Source of the DNA: a virus
Taxonomy: Duplodnaviria > Caudoviricetes
Virus record (IMG/VR): IMGVR_UViG_3300044674_004301
Location: 1-38,507 of that record
Reading direction: 5' to 3' (one strand)
DNA length: 38,507 nucleotides
Shown here: positions 27,360 through 36,300 of the stretch, piece after piece
Layout: every line of letters begins with the position of its first letter
How positions within the stretch are numbered: the first letter of the stretch is position 1
Notes under the pieces: generated by a model
The model's database searches: none
Told to the model about the DNA's origin: nothing
What the model saw: only the letters and a program-made list of their open reading frames with translations
Position numbers and translations under genes: made by a program

Positions 27360-28529
27360 ATGCCAAGACTTTCATTATACAAGCCTGAAAAAGGCAATGA
27401 TTACAGATTCATGGATAAAACCATAAATGAGCAGTTCACTGTGGGTGGCACCGACATTTATCTTCACAAATATTTAGGACCATACGACCAAGGAAGCACC
27501 AACAAAGACGGTGCGGCTTCTCCCACACAACCACAATATTCCGGAGACAGCCTAAATGAAAGGACCATACAAGATTTGTTGTTTTTGGAAAACAGAGACC
27601 GAAAATACTCCGAAGACGTGTATATCATAAGAGGCATTTACAATGTACAGGACATTGATTTTAATCTATCGCAGTTTGGTATGTTCCTACAGAATGACAC
27701 TGTGTTCATGACTGTGCATCTAAACGACACTGTGGAAAGAGTTGGAAGAAAAATCATGGCAGGCGATGTAATCGAATTGCCTCACATGAAAGACGATTTT
27801 TCTTTGGATGAAAATATACCCATAGCACTGAAAAGATTCTATGTGGTGGAAGATGTCAACAGAGCCGCAGAAGGATTTTCACAGACTTGGTGGCCACATC
27901 TACTAAGATTAAAATTAAAATCAATTGTGGATTCACAAGAATACAAAGATATTCTAGAGAAAGAAGTGGGAGATACCGGCAATACTCTTTCTTCTTACAT
28001 GAGCACATACAATCGAGAAAAAGAAATCAATACACAGATAGTGAATCAAGCAGAAGCAGATGCTCCTAAATCAGGATTTAATTATAAACAATATTATGTT
28101 ACTCCAATTGATGAGCGAGGCAACATCAGAAAAGAAGGCATATCAGAAGGTCAAGCATCGTCAGATGAATCAATCAATGCTGTGATAGACACACCGGCCG
28201 CATCGCATTATGGATTCTATCTGGATGGAGACGGAATACCACCGAATGGCTATGTGGCGGGACATGGTACATCATTCCCTACATCGGGTGTTGATAAAGG
28301 TGATTACTTCTTAAGAACAGATTATCTACCTAACAGGTTGTTCCGTTACGACGGAACAAGATGGATTAAAGTAGAAGACGCAATAAGAATGACAACAACA
28401 AACAATGATTCAAGAACAAATTACAAAACCAGTTTTATCAATAACACAACCAGTTCAACAATAAACGGGTTAACCGTGGAACAAAGGCAATCACTTACCG
28501 AGGCCTTGAAACCAAAGGCTGACGATTAA
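27360..28529 (+). CDS. neck / head-closure protein (gp14-like)
   Basis: LSQFGMFL and GDVIELPH resemble gp14; flanked by gp13 and gp15. Start moved to 27360. Confidence 0.7.
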   Translation: MPRLSLYKPEKGNDYRFMDKTINEQFTVGGTDIYLHKYLGPYDQGSTNKDGAASPTQPQYSGDSLNERTIQDLLFLENRDRKYSEDVYIIRGIYNVQDIDFNLSQFGMFLQNDTVFMTVHLNDTVERVGRKIMAGDVIELPHMKDDFSLDENIPIALKRFYVVEDVNRAAEGFSQTWWPHLLRLKLKSIVDSQEYKDILEKEVGDTGNTLSSYMSTYNREKEINTQIVNQAEADAPKSGFNYKQYYVTPIDERGNIRKEGISEGQASSDESINAVIDTPAASHYGFYLDGDGIPPNGYVAGHGTSFPTSGVDKGDYFLRTDYLPNRLFRYDGTRWIKVEDAIRMTTTNNDSRTNYKTSFINNTTSSTINGLTVEQRQSLTEALKPKADD

Positions 28530-29917
28530 TGTTACATTTTTACGAAGGACAAATAAGGAAATTTTTGACACAATTCATACGTGTTTTAAGCAATTTCAAT
28601 ATTGAGGTAGGCAAAGGAGCAGATGGTTCTGTGCAACTCAAACAGGTACCTGTGGTTTATGGTGACATGACTCGTCAGGTAGCAAATATTTTAAAACAAA
28701 ATTCTGAAAACTCTTTGGTTTACGCACCAAAGATTGCGGCCTACATCACAGGTCTCGAATATGACAGGGAAAGAATGCAGAATCCTTATCATATCGAAAA
28801 ACAACATTTGAAACAGAGAGACAGAAATGCCGATGGCACATACAACGAAAATTTAGGTGCTGGTTATACCGTAGAAAAGGTTATGCCTTCGCCTTTCCGT
28901 CTAAATGTAACTGCCGATATATTCACCACAAATACCGATATGAAACTTCAGATAATGGAACAAATCCTTTACTTGTTTAATCCGGATTTTGAGATACAAA
29001 AATCTGACAATTATATAGACTGGACATCTTTGAGTTACATAGAATTAGAAAGTGTGTCCTTCTCATCGAGGACGATACCTGTGGGTGCCGATTCCGAAAT
29101 CGACGTTGCCACGATGACTTTCTCGATGCCTATTTGGTTATCTCCACCGGTCAAAGTGTCTAAATTAGGTGTGGTAGAAAAAATTATTATGTCCGTGTAT
29201 GACGATGATGGTGGTATAACGAAAGGTCTCATAGACGGTTCATTACTTTCGAGAAGTTATATAACGCCGGGTAGTTTTAATCTGTTCTTGTCAGGCAATC
29301 AGTTAAGACTGTTTGGAACCACAGGTATAAACGTGGGTTCGGGAGGCGACGGTTATTACACAGGTGCTACTGCCACTGACCTTGATCCTTTTACAACATT
29401 TGGTCCACCGATTAACTGGAACACATTATTGAATCAATACGGCAAAATAACAAATGGTATATCACAAATTAAACTTGTTCAGGAAAACGGAAATGAAGTG
29501 GTAGGGACTATTGCTCCGTCACCCCTTGACGAGTCAATACTGATATTCAGCATAGATTCAGACACTGTGCCTGCCAACACACTCACTGCTGTGTCTAAAA
29601 TTGTAAATCCTCTAACATTTGATCCCGGTACACCCGCAAACGGAACTAGATATCTTGTGGTTAATGATATAGGTGATTCAACTAACACCTTTGATGCCAC
29701 TGCCTGGGGTAATCTTAGAGCAAGTGTGAATGACATTATAGAATACAATAGTTCAACTGGTAAATGGGGAGTGGTATGGGACGCTTCTGATCCAGATTCC
29801 ACAGTGGCATATGTCACAAATTCAAACACTGGTATACAATACAAATTCACTAATGGTGCATGGGTCAAAAGTTATGAAGGAATCTATGTTGCAGGCAAGT
29901 GGACTCTTGTGTTATAA
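28529..29917 (+). CDS. tail sheath stabiliser / tail terminator (gp15-like) with an extra C-terminal domain
   Basis: HFYEGQIRKFLTQF, VPVVYG, MPSPF, QIMEQILYLFNP and WLSPP. Confidence 0.85.
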   Translation: MLHFYEGQIRKFLTQFIRVLSNFNIEVGKGADGSVQLKQVPVVYGDMTRQVANILKQNSENSLVYAPKIAAYITGLEYDRERMQNPYHIEKQHLKQRDRNADGTYNENLGAGYTVEKVMPSPFRLNVTADIFTTNTDMKLQIMEQILYLFNPDFEIQKSDNYIDWTSLSYIELESVSFSSRTIPVGADSEIDVATMTFSMPIWLSPPVKVSKLGVVEKIIMSVYDDDGGITKGLIDGSLLSRSYITPGSFNLFLSGNQLRLFGTTGINVGSGGDGYYTGATATDLDPFTTFGPPINWNTLLNQYGKITNGISQIKLVQENGNEVVGTIAPSPLDESILIFSIDSDTVPANTLTAVSKIVNPLTFDPGTPANGTRYLVVNDIGDSTNTFDATAWGNLRASVNDIIEYNSSTGKWGVVWDASDPDSTVAYVTNSNTGIQYKFTNGAWVKSYEGIYVAGKWTLVL

Positions 29918-29918
29918 T
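29910..29918 (+). promoter_or_regulatory. extended -10 promoter (TGnTATAAT) of the Nudix gene (leaderless)
   Basis: TGT-TATAAT(29913-29918)-6 nt-ATG; TTGCAG 18 nt upstream. Confidence 0.5.
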
Positions 29919-29924
29919 CAATAG

Positions 29925-30353
29925 ATGGAAAAAAATATAATTTGTTCAGGTGCATTATTCTATGCTGTAAACACCAAACGGTTCCTGTTCCTACAGAGGA
30001 CCGACGGAAAAACACGTGGATTGTGGGGATTAGCAGGAGGTAAAACTCGTTTTCAAGAGTCAGCGTTTGAAGGATTAAAGAGAGAAGTTGCGGAAGAATT
30101 AGGCTCAACACCAAATTTTAAAAAAGTGATTCCATTAGAACTGTTCACTTCCAATGATCAAAAATTTTTCTTTAATACCTATGTAATCGCCGTTCATGAC
30201 GAATTCCTACCTCGATTAAATCACGAACACTCATCCTATGCTTGGTGTGCCTTTGAATGCTGGCCAAAAAATCTTCATGCTGGTCTAAGGAATACATTGA
30301 ACAATAAGTCTATCAAGGGAAAACTGCAGACTATCCTAGATTTAATAGTATAA
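29925..30353 (+). CDS. Nudix hydrolase
   Basis: WGLAGGKTRFQESAFEGLKREVAEELG matches the Nudix box. Confidence 0.92.
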   Translation: MEKNIICSGALFYAVNTKRFLFLQRTDGKTRGLWGLAGGKTRFQESAFEGLKREVAEELGSTPNFKKVIPLELFTSNDQKFFFNTYVIAVHDEFLPRLNHEHSSYAWCAFECWPKNLHAGLRNTLNNKSIKGKLQTILDLIV

Positions 30354-30373
30354 TATTACCATAAATACTTTGT

Positions 30374-30814
30374 ATGGCAAAACGAGGACCACAATTAGGC
30401 GATCCAACTGATTTCAGTTATAGAGTAAGCAAAGTAACAAAAATTGTCGACGGTGACACTATTGATGTTGTCATAGATATGGGATTTGATATACTGTATA
30501 AGAGTAGAGTAAGGTTGTTTGGTATAGACACCCCGGAATCAAGAACCAGAGACAAGGTTGAGAAAGAGTTTGGTCTCATGAGCAAAAAATACCTTCAAAG
30601 CAGATTGAAAAAAGCAAAAAAAATTACAATCAAAACACACAAAGATTCAGAAACAGGTAAATTTGGCAGAATTCTGGGAGAAATATTTTGTGATGGAGAC
30701 AATGTCAATCTTGCCATGTGTAAAGAATACTATGCTGTACAATATTACGGACAGAACAAAAAACTAATCGAAGACGCACATATCAAAAATAGAGAAAAAG
30801 TCAAAAAAATCTAA
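30374..30814 (+). CDS. thermonuclease (staphylococcal nuclease family)
   Basis: KIVDGDTID, RVRLFGIDTPE and GKFGRILG; TAAATA at 30362-30367. Confidence 0.92.
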   Translation: MAKRGPQLGDPTDFSYRVSKVTKIVDGDTIDVVIDMGFDILYKSRVRLFGIDTPESRTRDKVEKEFGLMSKKYLQSRLKKAKKITIKTHKDSETGKFGRILGEIFCDGDNVNLAMCKEYYAVQYYGQNKKLIEDAHIKNREKVKKI

Positions 30815-31251
30815 CTGTTCATCGTTGTAAATTGTTTAAAGACGCTATCTTCTAATAAATCTATTTCCATAGTACCATCAAAACCGATGTAGTTGGTTTG
30901 TAATGATTTTTTGTCATTTGTTATCAGATTTAATTTTTGCTTCAAAAATATTTCACTGCATTCGAAAACATCTAATTTTATCGATTTGATTTTAACATGT
31001 TTGTCAGCAATAATTTCTCCATCTTTATTGACAATGGTATCTATTTTGTTATTTTTTCCGTTGAATTTTAATTTTATTTTTTGAGGTAATGTTATTTTTT
31101 TTGTGTATGTCTTTGTTGTTGTTGTGAAATGATTTTCTGCCTCTATAACATCAATCTCATCATTCAACTCTGCAGATACAGACATGTTCTTGTTCCTTAA
31201 TGGAAAAAACTCAAACTCAATTGATATGAGACATTCAGATTGATTCATCAT
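30811..31251 (-). CDS. hypothetical protein coupled to the radical SAM gene
   Basis: 146 aa, beta-rich pattern; ATGA overlap with the upstream gene. Confidence 0.65.
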   Translation of the reverse strand: MMNQSECLISIEFEFFPLRNKNMSVSAELNDEIDVIEAENHFTTTTKTYTKKITLPQKIKLKFNGKNNKIDTIVNKDGEIIADKHVKIKSIKLDVFECSEIFLKQKLNLITNDKKSLQTNYIGFDGTMEIDLLEDSVFKQFTTMNS

Positions 31252-32699
31252 GCTATTAACGTTTCTAAAAGGTAATGATTGTCGATGTTATCCGCCACTT
31301 TATATCCAAGTTTTTTGCTTAGATCATTCAACTCGTTGGCCCACCTTGCTCTCAACTGTGGAGTGCTACCTGTTTTTCTATTGATCCATAGACTGGGTTG
31401 ATCACCTATCATTTCAATACCTAGGTCTTCTTTGTTCTTGTCTAAAAATGTATTTGGAAAAATACCCAAAGTGCCACCCCACTGCAGATGTATGACATCC
31501 TTGTATTCGGTATGATTTTTTAACCAATCCTTTATAAAATCAATGTCTTCTTCCACTTCATTTACGTAACCTACAATGTTCATCAAGAACTGTTTGATAT
31601 TGTATTTTTTAGCATAATACAAATGATCATCTATGGCTTTATTTGAAAATTTTTTACCCATGGCAAATCTTATATGCTGATTAAGATTTTCTATGCCCAC
31701 CATTAGATTAGTCGCTCCGCTGTCACGCAACAATCTCCATTCGTCGTCTGACTTGTCGTGTGATTCTCTGTATATGAAATGCCCGTTCCACTGCAGTCTC
31801 CAATCTGGATTTTCAAGATTGTGTTTGGCCAACATTCTGCACAATTTCAAAAATTCTTTTTGGTTGCCGTTAACTAGCGAATCTTGGAATTTAAAAAATC
31901 TGATGTTGTATTTTTTGCTCTGGCTCAACATTTCTTCAAAAATATCTTCGGCGTCTCTCCAATGAAATTTTGGCCAGTTCACTATGAAATCACAATAGGT
32001 GCACTGTCTCACACATCCTCTACTTCCAACTATGGCAAGAGCCTTTTTTTCGTAGACATCAAAATTATAATCGCCGTAATCTGGAACCGGTAATGTTGAC
32101 ATCTCTTGTCTGCTAATCTGCGTCCAAGTGTCTGTGTTGATTCCGTCGTGTGCTGTGTTTCCTTGAAGAAATTCAAACAAAGATTTCTCAGCATCTCCTT
32201 TGATGTGGAAATCTATCAGTTTCATTTTAAGCATGTCCTCAACAAATTGCGATTTTCCAGTAAATGCCTTGTTACAGCCTGCTCCGCCTACGAGTATGAT
32301 GACATTGGGATCCAGTTTTTTAATAAAATATGATATCCATTTGGCGCTCCTTTGACAAATGTAACTGAAAATGCTTAATCCTACATATTTGGGTTTGAAC
32401 GAAACAATTTGTCTGGCTATGTTGAACAACATGTCATTGAGAATTTGTTTCGTGTCATTATTGACAAATTCATCAAAGAAGAATCTTATTATGTCATTTC
32501 TATTTTTGTATTTCTTTGTGAAATTATAAATCTCTACATTCAAGTCAACGCTAAGGCAACTCAAACCTGCTTTTTCTATTATGGGTTTGAGCACCGCAGG
32601 TGCCATCAGCGGAATATTTGAATCTGTCCATGGCACTGTGGCCAGGATAAAATCTTTTTGAATATTATTTTTATTTTGTAGACAGGCAAATTCCATCAT
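31248..32699 (-). CDS. cobalamin-binding radical SAM enzyme (class B-like)
   Basis: N-terminal B12-binding domain (DLN, YVGLSIF, ILVGG, GDAE), SRGCVRQCTYC (CxxxCxxC), FQDSLVNG, GIE and IVGYVNE; TAAATA at 32703-32708. Confidence 0.9.
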   Translation of the reverse strand: MMEFACLQNKNNIQKDFILATVPWTDSNIPLMAPAVLKPIIEKAGLSCLSVDLNVEIYNFTKKYKNRNDIIRFFFDEFVNNDTKQILNDMLFNIARQIVSFKPKYVGLSIFSYICQRSAKWISYFIKKLDPNVIILVGGAGCNKAFTGKSQFVEDMLKMKLIDFHIKGDAEKSLFEFLQGNTAHDGINTDTWTQISRQEMSTLPVPDYGDYNFDVYEKKALAIVGSRGCVRQCTYCDFIVNWPKFHWRDAEDIFEEMLSQSKKYNIRFFKFQDSLVNGNQKEFLKLCRMLAKHNLENPDWRLQWNGHFIYRESHDKSDDEWRLLRDSGATNLMVGIENLNQHIRFAMGKKFSNKAIDDHLYYAKKYNIKQFLMNIVGYVNEVEEDIDFIKDWLKNHTEYKDVIHLQWGGTLGIFPNTFLDKNKEDLGIEMIGDQPSLWINRKTGSTPQLRARWANELNDLSKKLGYKVADNIDNHYLLETLIA

Positions 32700-32856
32700 G
32701 TGTATTTAAATGGTTTTTGCTTAGACGTCTTTTATTTTTCGAATTGAGACTTTCGTATGAAGATACCAAATGAATTTGACCGTAGGCAATTTTCCAGGAA
32801 CATTCCATCCATTCGGATTCATAGTCATACTCCTGGAAATTGCCCGCGTTGAACAT
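32671..32856 (-). CDS. small hypothetical protein
   Basis: ATG 7 nt after the upstream stop; acidic/aromatic N-terminal half; 3' end overlaps the radical SAM start. Confidence 0.45.
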   Translation of the reverse strand: MFNAGNFQEYDYESEWMECSWKIAYGQIHLVSSYESLNSKNKRRLSKNHLNTHDGICLSTK

Positions 32857-32863
32857 TATTGTT

Positions 32864-33253
32864 CTAGTCTTTCTTTGCTTTGCTGAAGAAAGCGTCTGTG
32901 TAACTTTTCACGCTGTCCTGGAACTGTTTCACGTTCTCTGTGATCTTGGCCGGATTGAATGATTCCTGCACCTTTTCATTGAACTGTCTAACATTTTCCA
33001 TTAGTATTTTCGCAGTCTCGTTGCCTTGTGGCACAGCGTTGGTCACGAAGTCGTTGTACTTCTTGGCCTGCTCTATTATGTCCTCGGCAGAGATAGTTGG
33101 AAATTTAAATTCAGTCACTACTTGATCACCATCTTTTTTTGATGACATTTCGTACTCGTTGAGTTTAACTGAATAGTTGAACTGAGCAATATCTTTTGCT
33201 AGTCCTAGTAGGTCGGCTCTGATTTCGTAGCCGTTTCTTGTTGTGTTTGCCAT
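32864..33253 (-). CDS. conserved phage hypothetical protein with an amphipathic repeat tail
   Basis: NGYEIRADLLGLAKD; repeats ENVRQFNEKV/ENVKQFQDSV; strong SD AAGGAG. Confidence 0.75.
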   Translation of the reverse strand: MANTTRNGYEIRADLLGLAKDIAQFNYSVKLNEYEMSSKKDGDQVVTEFKFPTISAEDIIEQAKKYNDFVTNAVPQGNETAKILMENVRQFNEKVQESFNPAKITENVKQFQDSVKSYTDAFFSKAKKD

Positions 33254-33300
33254 AACATTCTCCTTTTTGTTTGTGTTTGTGTGTGTTTGTTATAGACTTC

Positions 33301-33331
33301 TATTTATATACTAGGACAAGACATCTGTCAA
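33301..33331 (-). promoter_or_regulatory. composite promoter: TTGACA-17-TATAAATA
   Basis: TTGACA at 33331-33326 and an exact TATAAATA at 33308-33301. Confidence 0.7.
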
Positions 33332-36300
33332 CTATTCATCTTTAATATAAGTTTTACCAGTAAGTTTTTCGATATCTCTGATCATTTCTTCCATATTAAC
33401 ACGCACAGTTTTACCAGTTCGTGTGTTTTTTGAATAGTATTCCCACTCGCCTTGAGCGTTGTGTGGTGATATTTTGGTTACGTTGCCCGCTTCATCTCTG
33501 ACATAAACTTCAGCACTAGCGGCCTCATCTTTGGCATATATGTGGGCCTTGTCGGCTACTGTAGCAGGATCTGAACCGACTGTCAACGCAATCGGACTGT
33601 CGAATGTTTTGGCTCCTGTAATGGTTTGTTCAGGAGTAATCAATACCTGTTCTGAAGTTGATGCACCCGATTCTGTACGCAACAAAGAAACTCTCCATGC
33701 ATTGACAGTAGTAGAGCCTCCCGACGTAGATGCCGCTGAGACTGTTACAGTCGTGCCCGACAGTGAGGCCGTGAATGTCAATTGATCTGAATCTTTGCTT
33801 GACACTATTGGTCCAGAACTGACATATGCGTCGGAACCATCAGTGACCACATGTACTTCAGAAATGCTGGCGGCACCTTCCGCTGAATTGTATCCAACTA
33901 CAACATACTGAGCACCTGTCACAGATTCGGTTGAGAAAGTGTCTATGGATGTGGCACTACTGCTGACACTGGATGCTCCCACTGTCTTAATAGTGTCACC
34001 TGTTGCTGTTGTTTCTGAATCTCCAAGCAGTATCCTGTACATCTTGACATTGCAGTTTGGTGTGTTGCCGGATGCCCTCAATCTTACCGAACCCGAAGAA
34101 ACATCTGCCGACAGGGTCAGCAAGGAATCATTGCCTGTGAAAATTTCATTGTAAATTGATATGTAGGCATCTGAACCATCTGTCACAACCACCGCTTCAA
34201 GGTTTGAAAGTTCTCCGTTGGCGGCACTAACTGATATGAAATATTTGGCGCCTCTGTATGTGGTTGCACTCCAGGTATCCAAATTTTCTACAGCACTGTC
34301 CACGTCTGTGTTGAGTATGGTTGCTGTGTTTCCAGAACTTGATGCTGTTGTCGAATCTCCCAGGCCTATCCTGAACAAAGACACGGAGTTGACCACACTT
34401 GCTCCTGTGGCCAGTAACCTAACATTGCCTCCGGATATGTCGGCGTCAACGCTCATGTGGTCTGCCGATCCTGACTGAACACCGTTGGATGATGACACAA
34501 ATGCCTGTGAGTCGTTGTGAACCAAGGTGTATCTTTCCGTGGCTACATCGTTGTTGATCTCGTCTCTTGTGACCGCATAGTAGTAAGCACTGTCAAAACT
34601 TGATGTTGAAAATTGATCTATTACCGACTGTGCTGTTCCTAGGCCGGTTTCCGGAGTTGGTGAACTTGTGTTGTCTGTGTCAGCGGCCGCGGTGGTGGTG
34701 GCTAGTATGTCCACGAATTCCGAACCATCCCATTTCTCATACCTTGACAGAGATGTGTTGTACCTCAACATACCATTGGCACCGGTTGGTCTCTGTGCCG
34801 TGGTACCGTTTGGTAGTGTCAATGCCCCTGTCGCTCCTGCGAATGATGCCAGGCTATCACTCAATGTGAAATTGGATGCGTTGGCATAAAGATTGTTTGA
34901 ACTGTCGTTGGTCGCTCTGTACATCAAAGGTTCTTCAACATACATCCTCGCAAATCTCACAGTGTTGTTTCCTGTGTTGCCGGACATGATCAATCTCGCT
35001 TCACCCGATGAAACGTCGGCGGTGAAAGTTACAAGGTCGGATGATCCGCTCCTCACAACCTGTTCTGTGATGTAACTGTCTGAACCATCATTGGTTAATG
35101 TTATTTCAGAATTTTGATATTCGCTGTCTCCCTCGATGCTGATAAAATAGGTAGCGGATCTTATAGCATAAGTGCTGAACTTGTCCAATGTGACAACACC
35201 ATCACCGCCTGTTGGCACATCTAGGTGTGTCCTGTAAGCGTTTACAGTTGTGCTGGAGCCACTGGTGCTTTGTGCGTTCAGTGTTATGGTGCCGTTGCTG
35301 AGTGATGCGGTGAAAGTGAGTTGGTCCGTTCCTTTTGTGCTGACACTTGAAGAACCCACGTAGGCATCTGATCCATCCGTGACAACATACACATCACTGA
35401 TCGAACTCGCACCCTCGGATGAATTGTTACCCACAACCACGTAATGGGCACCGACATAATTGGAAGTGTCTATGGTATCTATCGCTGTGGCTCCTGAACT
35501 CACAGTGACCGAATCAAGTAGATTGTTGTATGTGCCTGTGGTAGCGGTTTCCGAGTCTCCCAATATAATCCTATACATTTTGACCACGGTGTTTGTGTTA
35601 CAACTTGCCCTTAACCTAACATTTCCTCCGGAGACGTCAGCGGATAGTGTTATCAGGCTGTTGTTTCCTGTGAAGTTTTCATTGAACGATGAGATAAAAG
35701 CATCGGATCCGTTGTGTACCACCATTGCCTCTATGTTTGAAAGTTCGCCGTTGTCTGAACTGCATGATATAAAATATCTTGCTCCTCGATAGACAGAGGC
35801 ACTCCATGTGTCCAAGTTTTCCACAGCACTGTCAACATCAAGGTTGATTATTTTTGAAGTCGGCGCACCCGAAGATGCCGCAGTGTTGTCTCCCAGATTG
35901 ATCCTGTAGAACGAAACAGAGTTACTAGCAGTTGTTCCAGTGGCATTTAGGCTGACTGTTGATCCCGACAGTGAAGCATTGTAGGTCAATTGATCACTTG
36001 AGGCACCTGTATTGACCACTCCTCCTGAACTGACAAAGGCAGTGGTGCCGTCATGCACTAGACTGATCTGGGCCGTGCCCAATTCGTCGTCGGTAAGATT
36101 TTTAGTCACGGCAAAATAGTAGGCGCTGTCATAATCTGTTTTCGTAAACTGGTCAATGACCTTGGAGGTCGTACCTATGCCTACTGAGGTACCGAATGTG
36201 GTGTCACTGTTGATTTCTACTGTTCTTATTTCTCTATCAGTGACTTTGCCATAAACTGCGTTGTCATATTCTCCCAATTTTGTGGTGCTACCAAGATCTA

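Noticed and set aside
1662-27397. Longest-ORF starts at 1703, 2563, 6392, 7702, 10896, 27327 and 27397
   Set aside because: Downstream ATGs give ATGA coupling or fit the promoter spacing, and remove implausible overlaps.
33262-33290. CA/GT-rich tract as a phase-variable microsatellite
   Set aside because: It is irregular rather than a perfect tandem repeat, and lies in a 5' leader where it is better explained as an unstructured enhancer.
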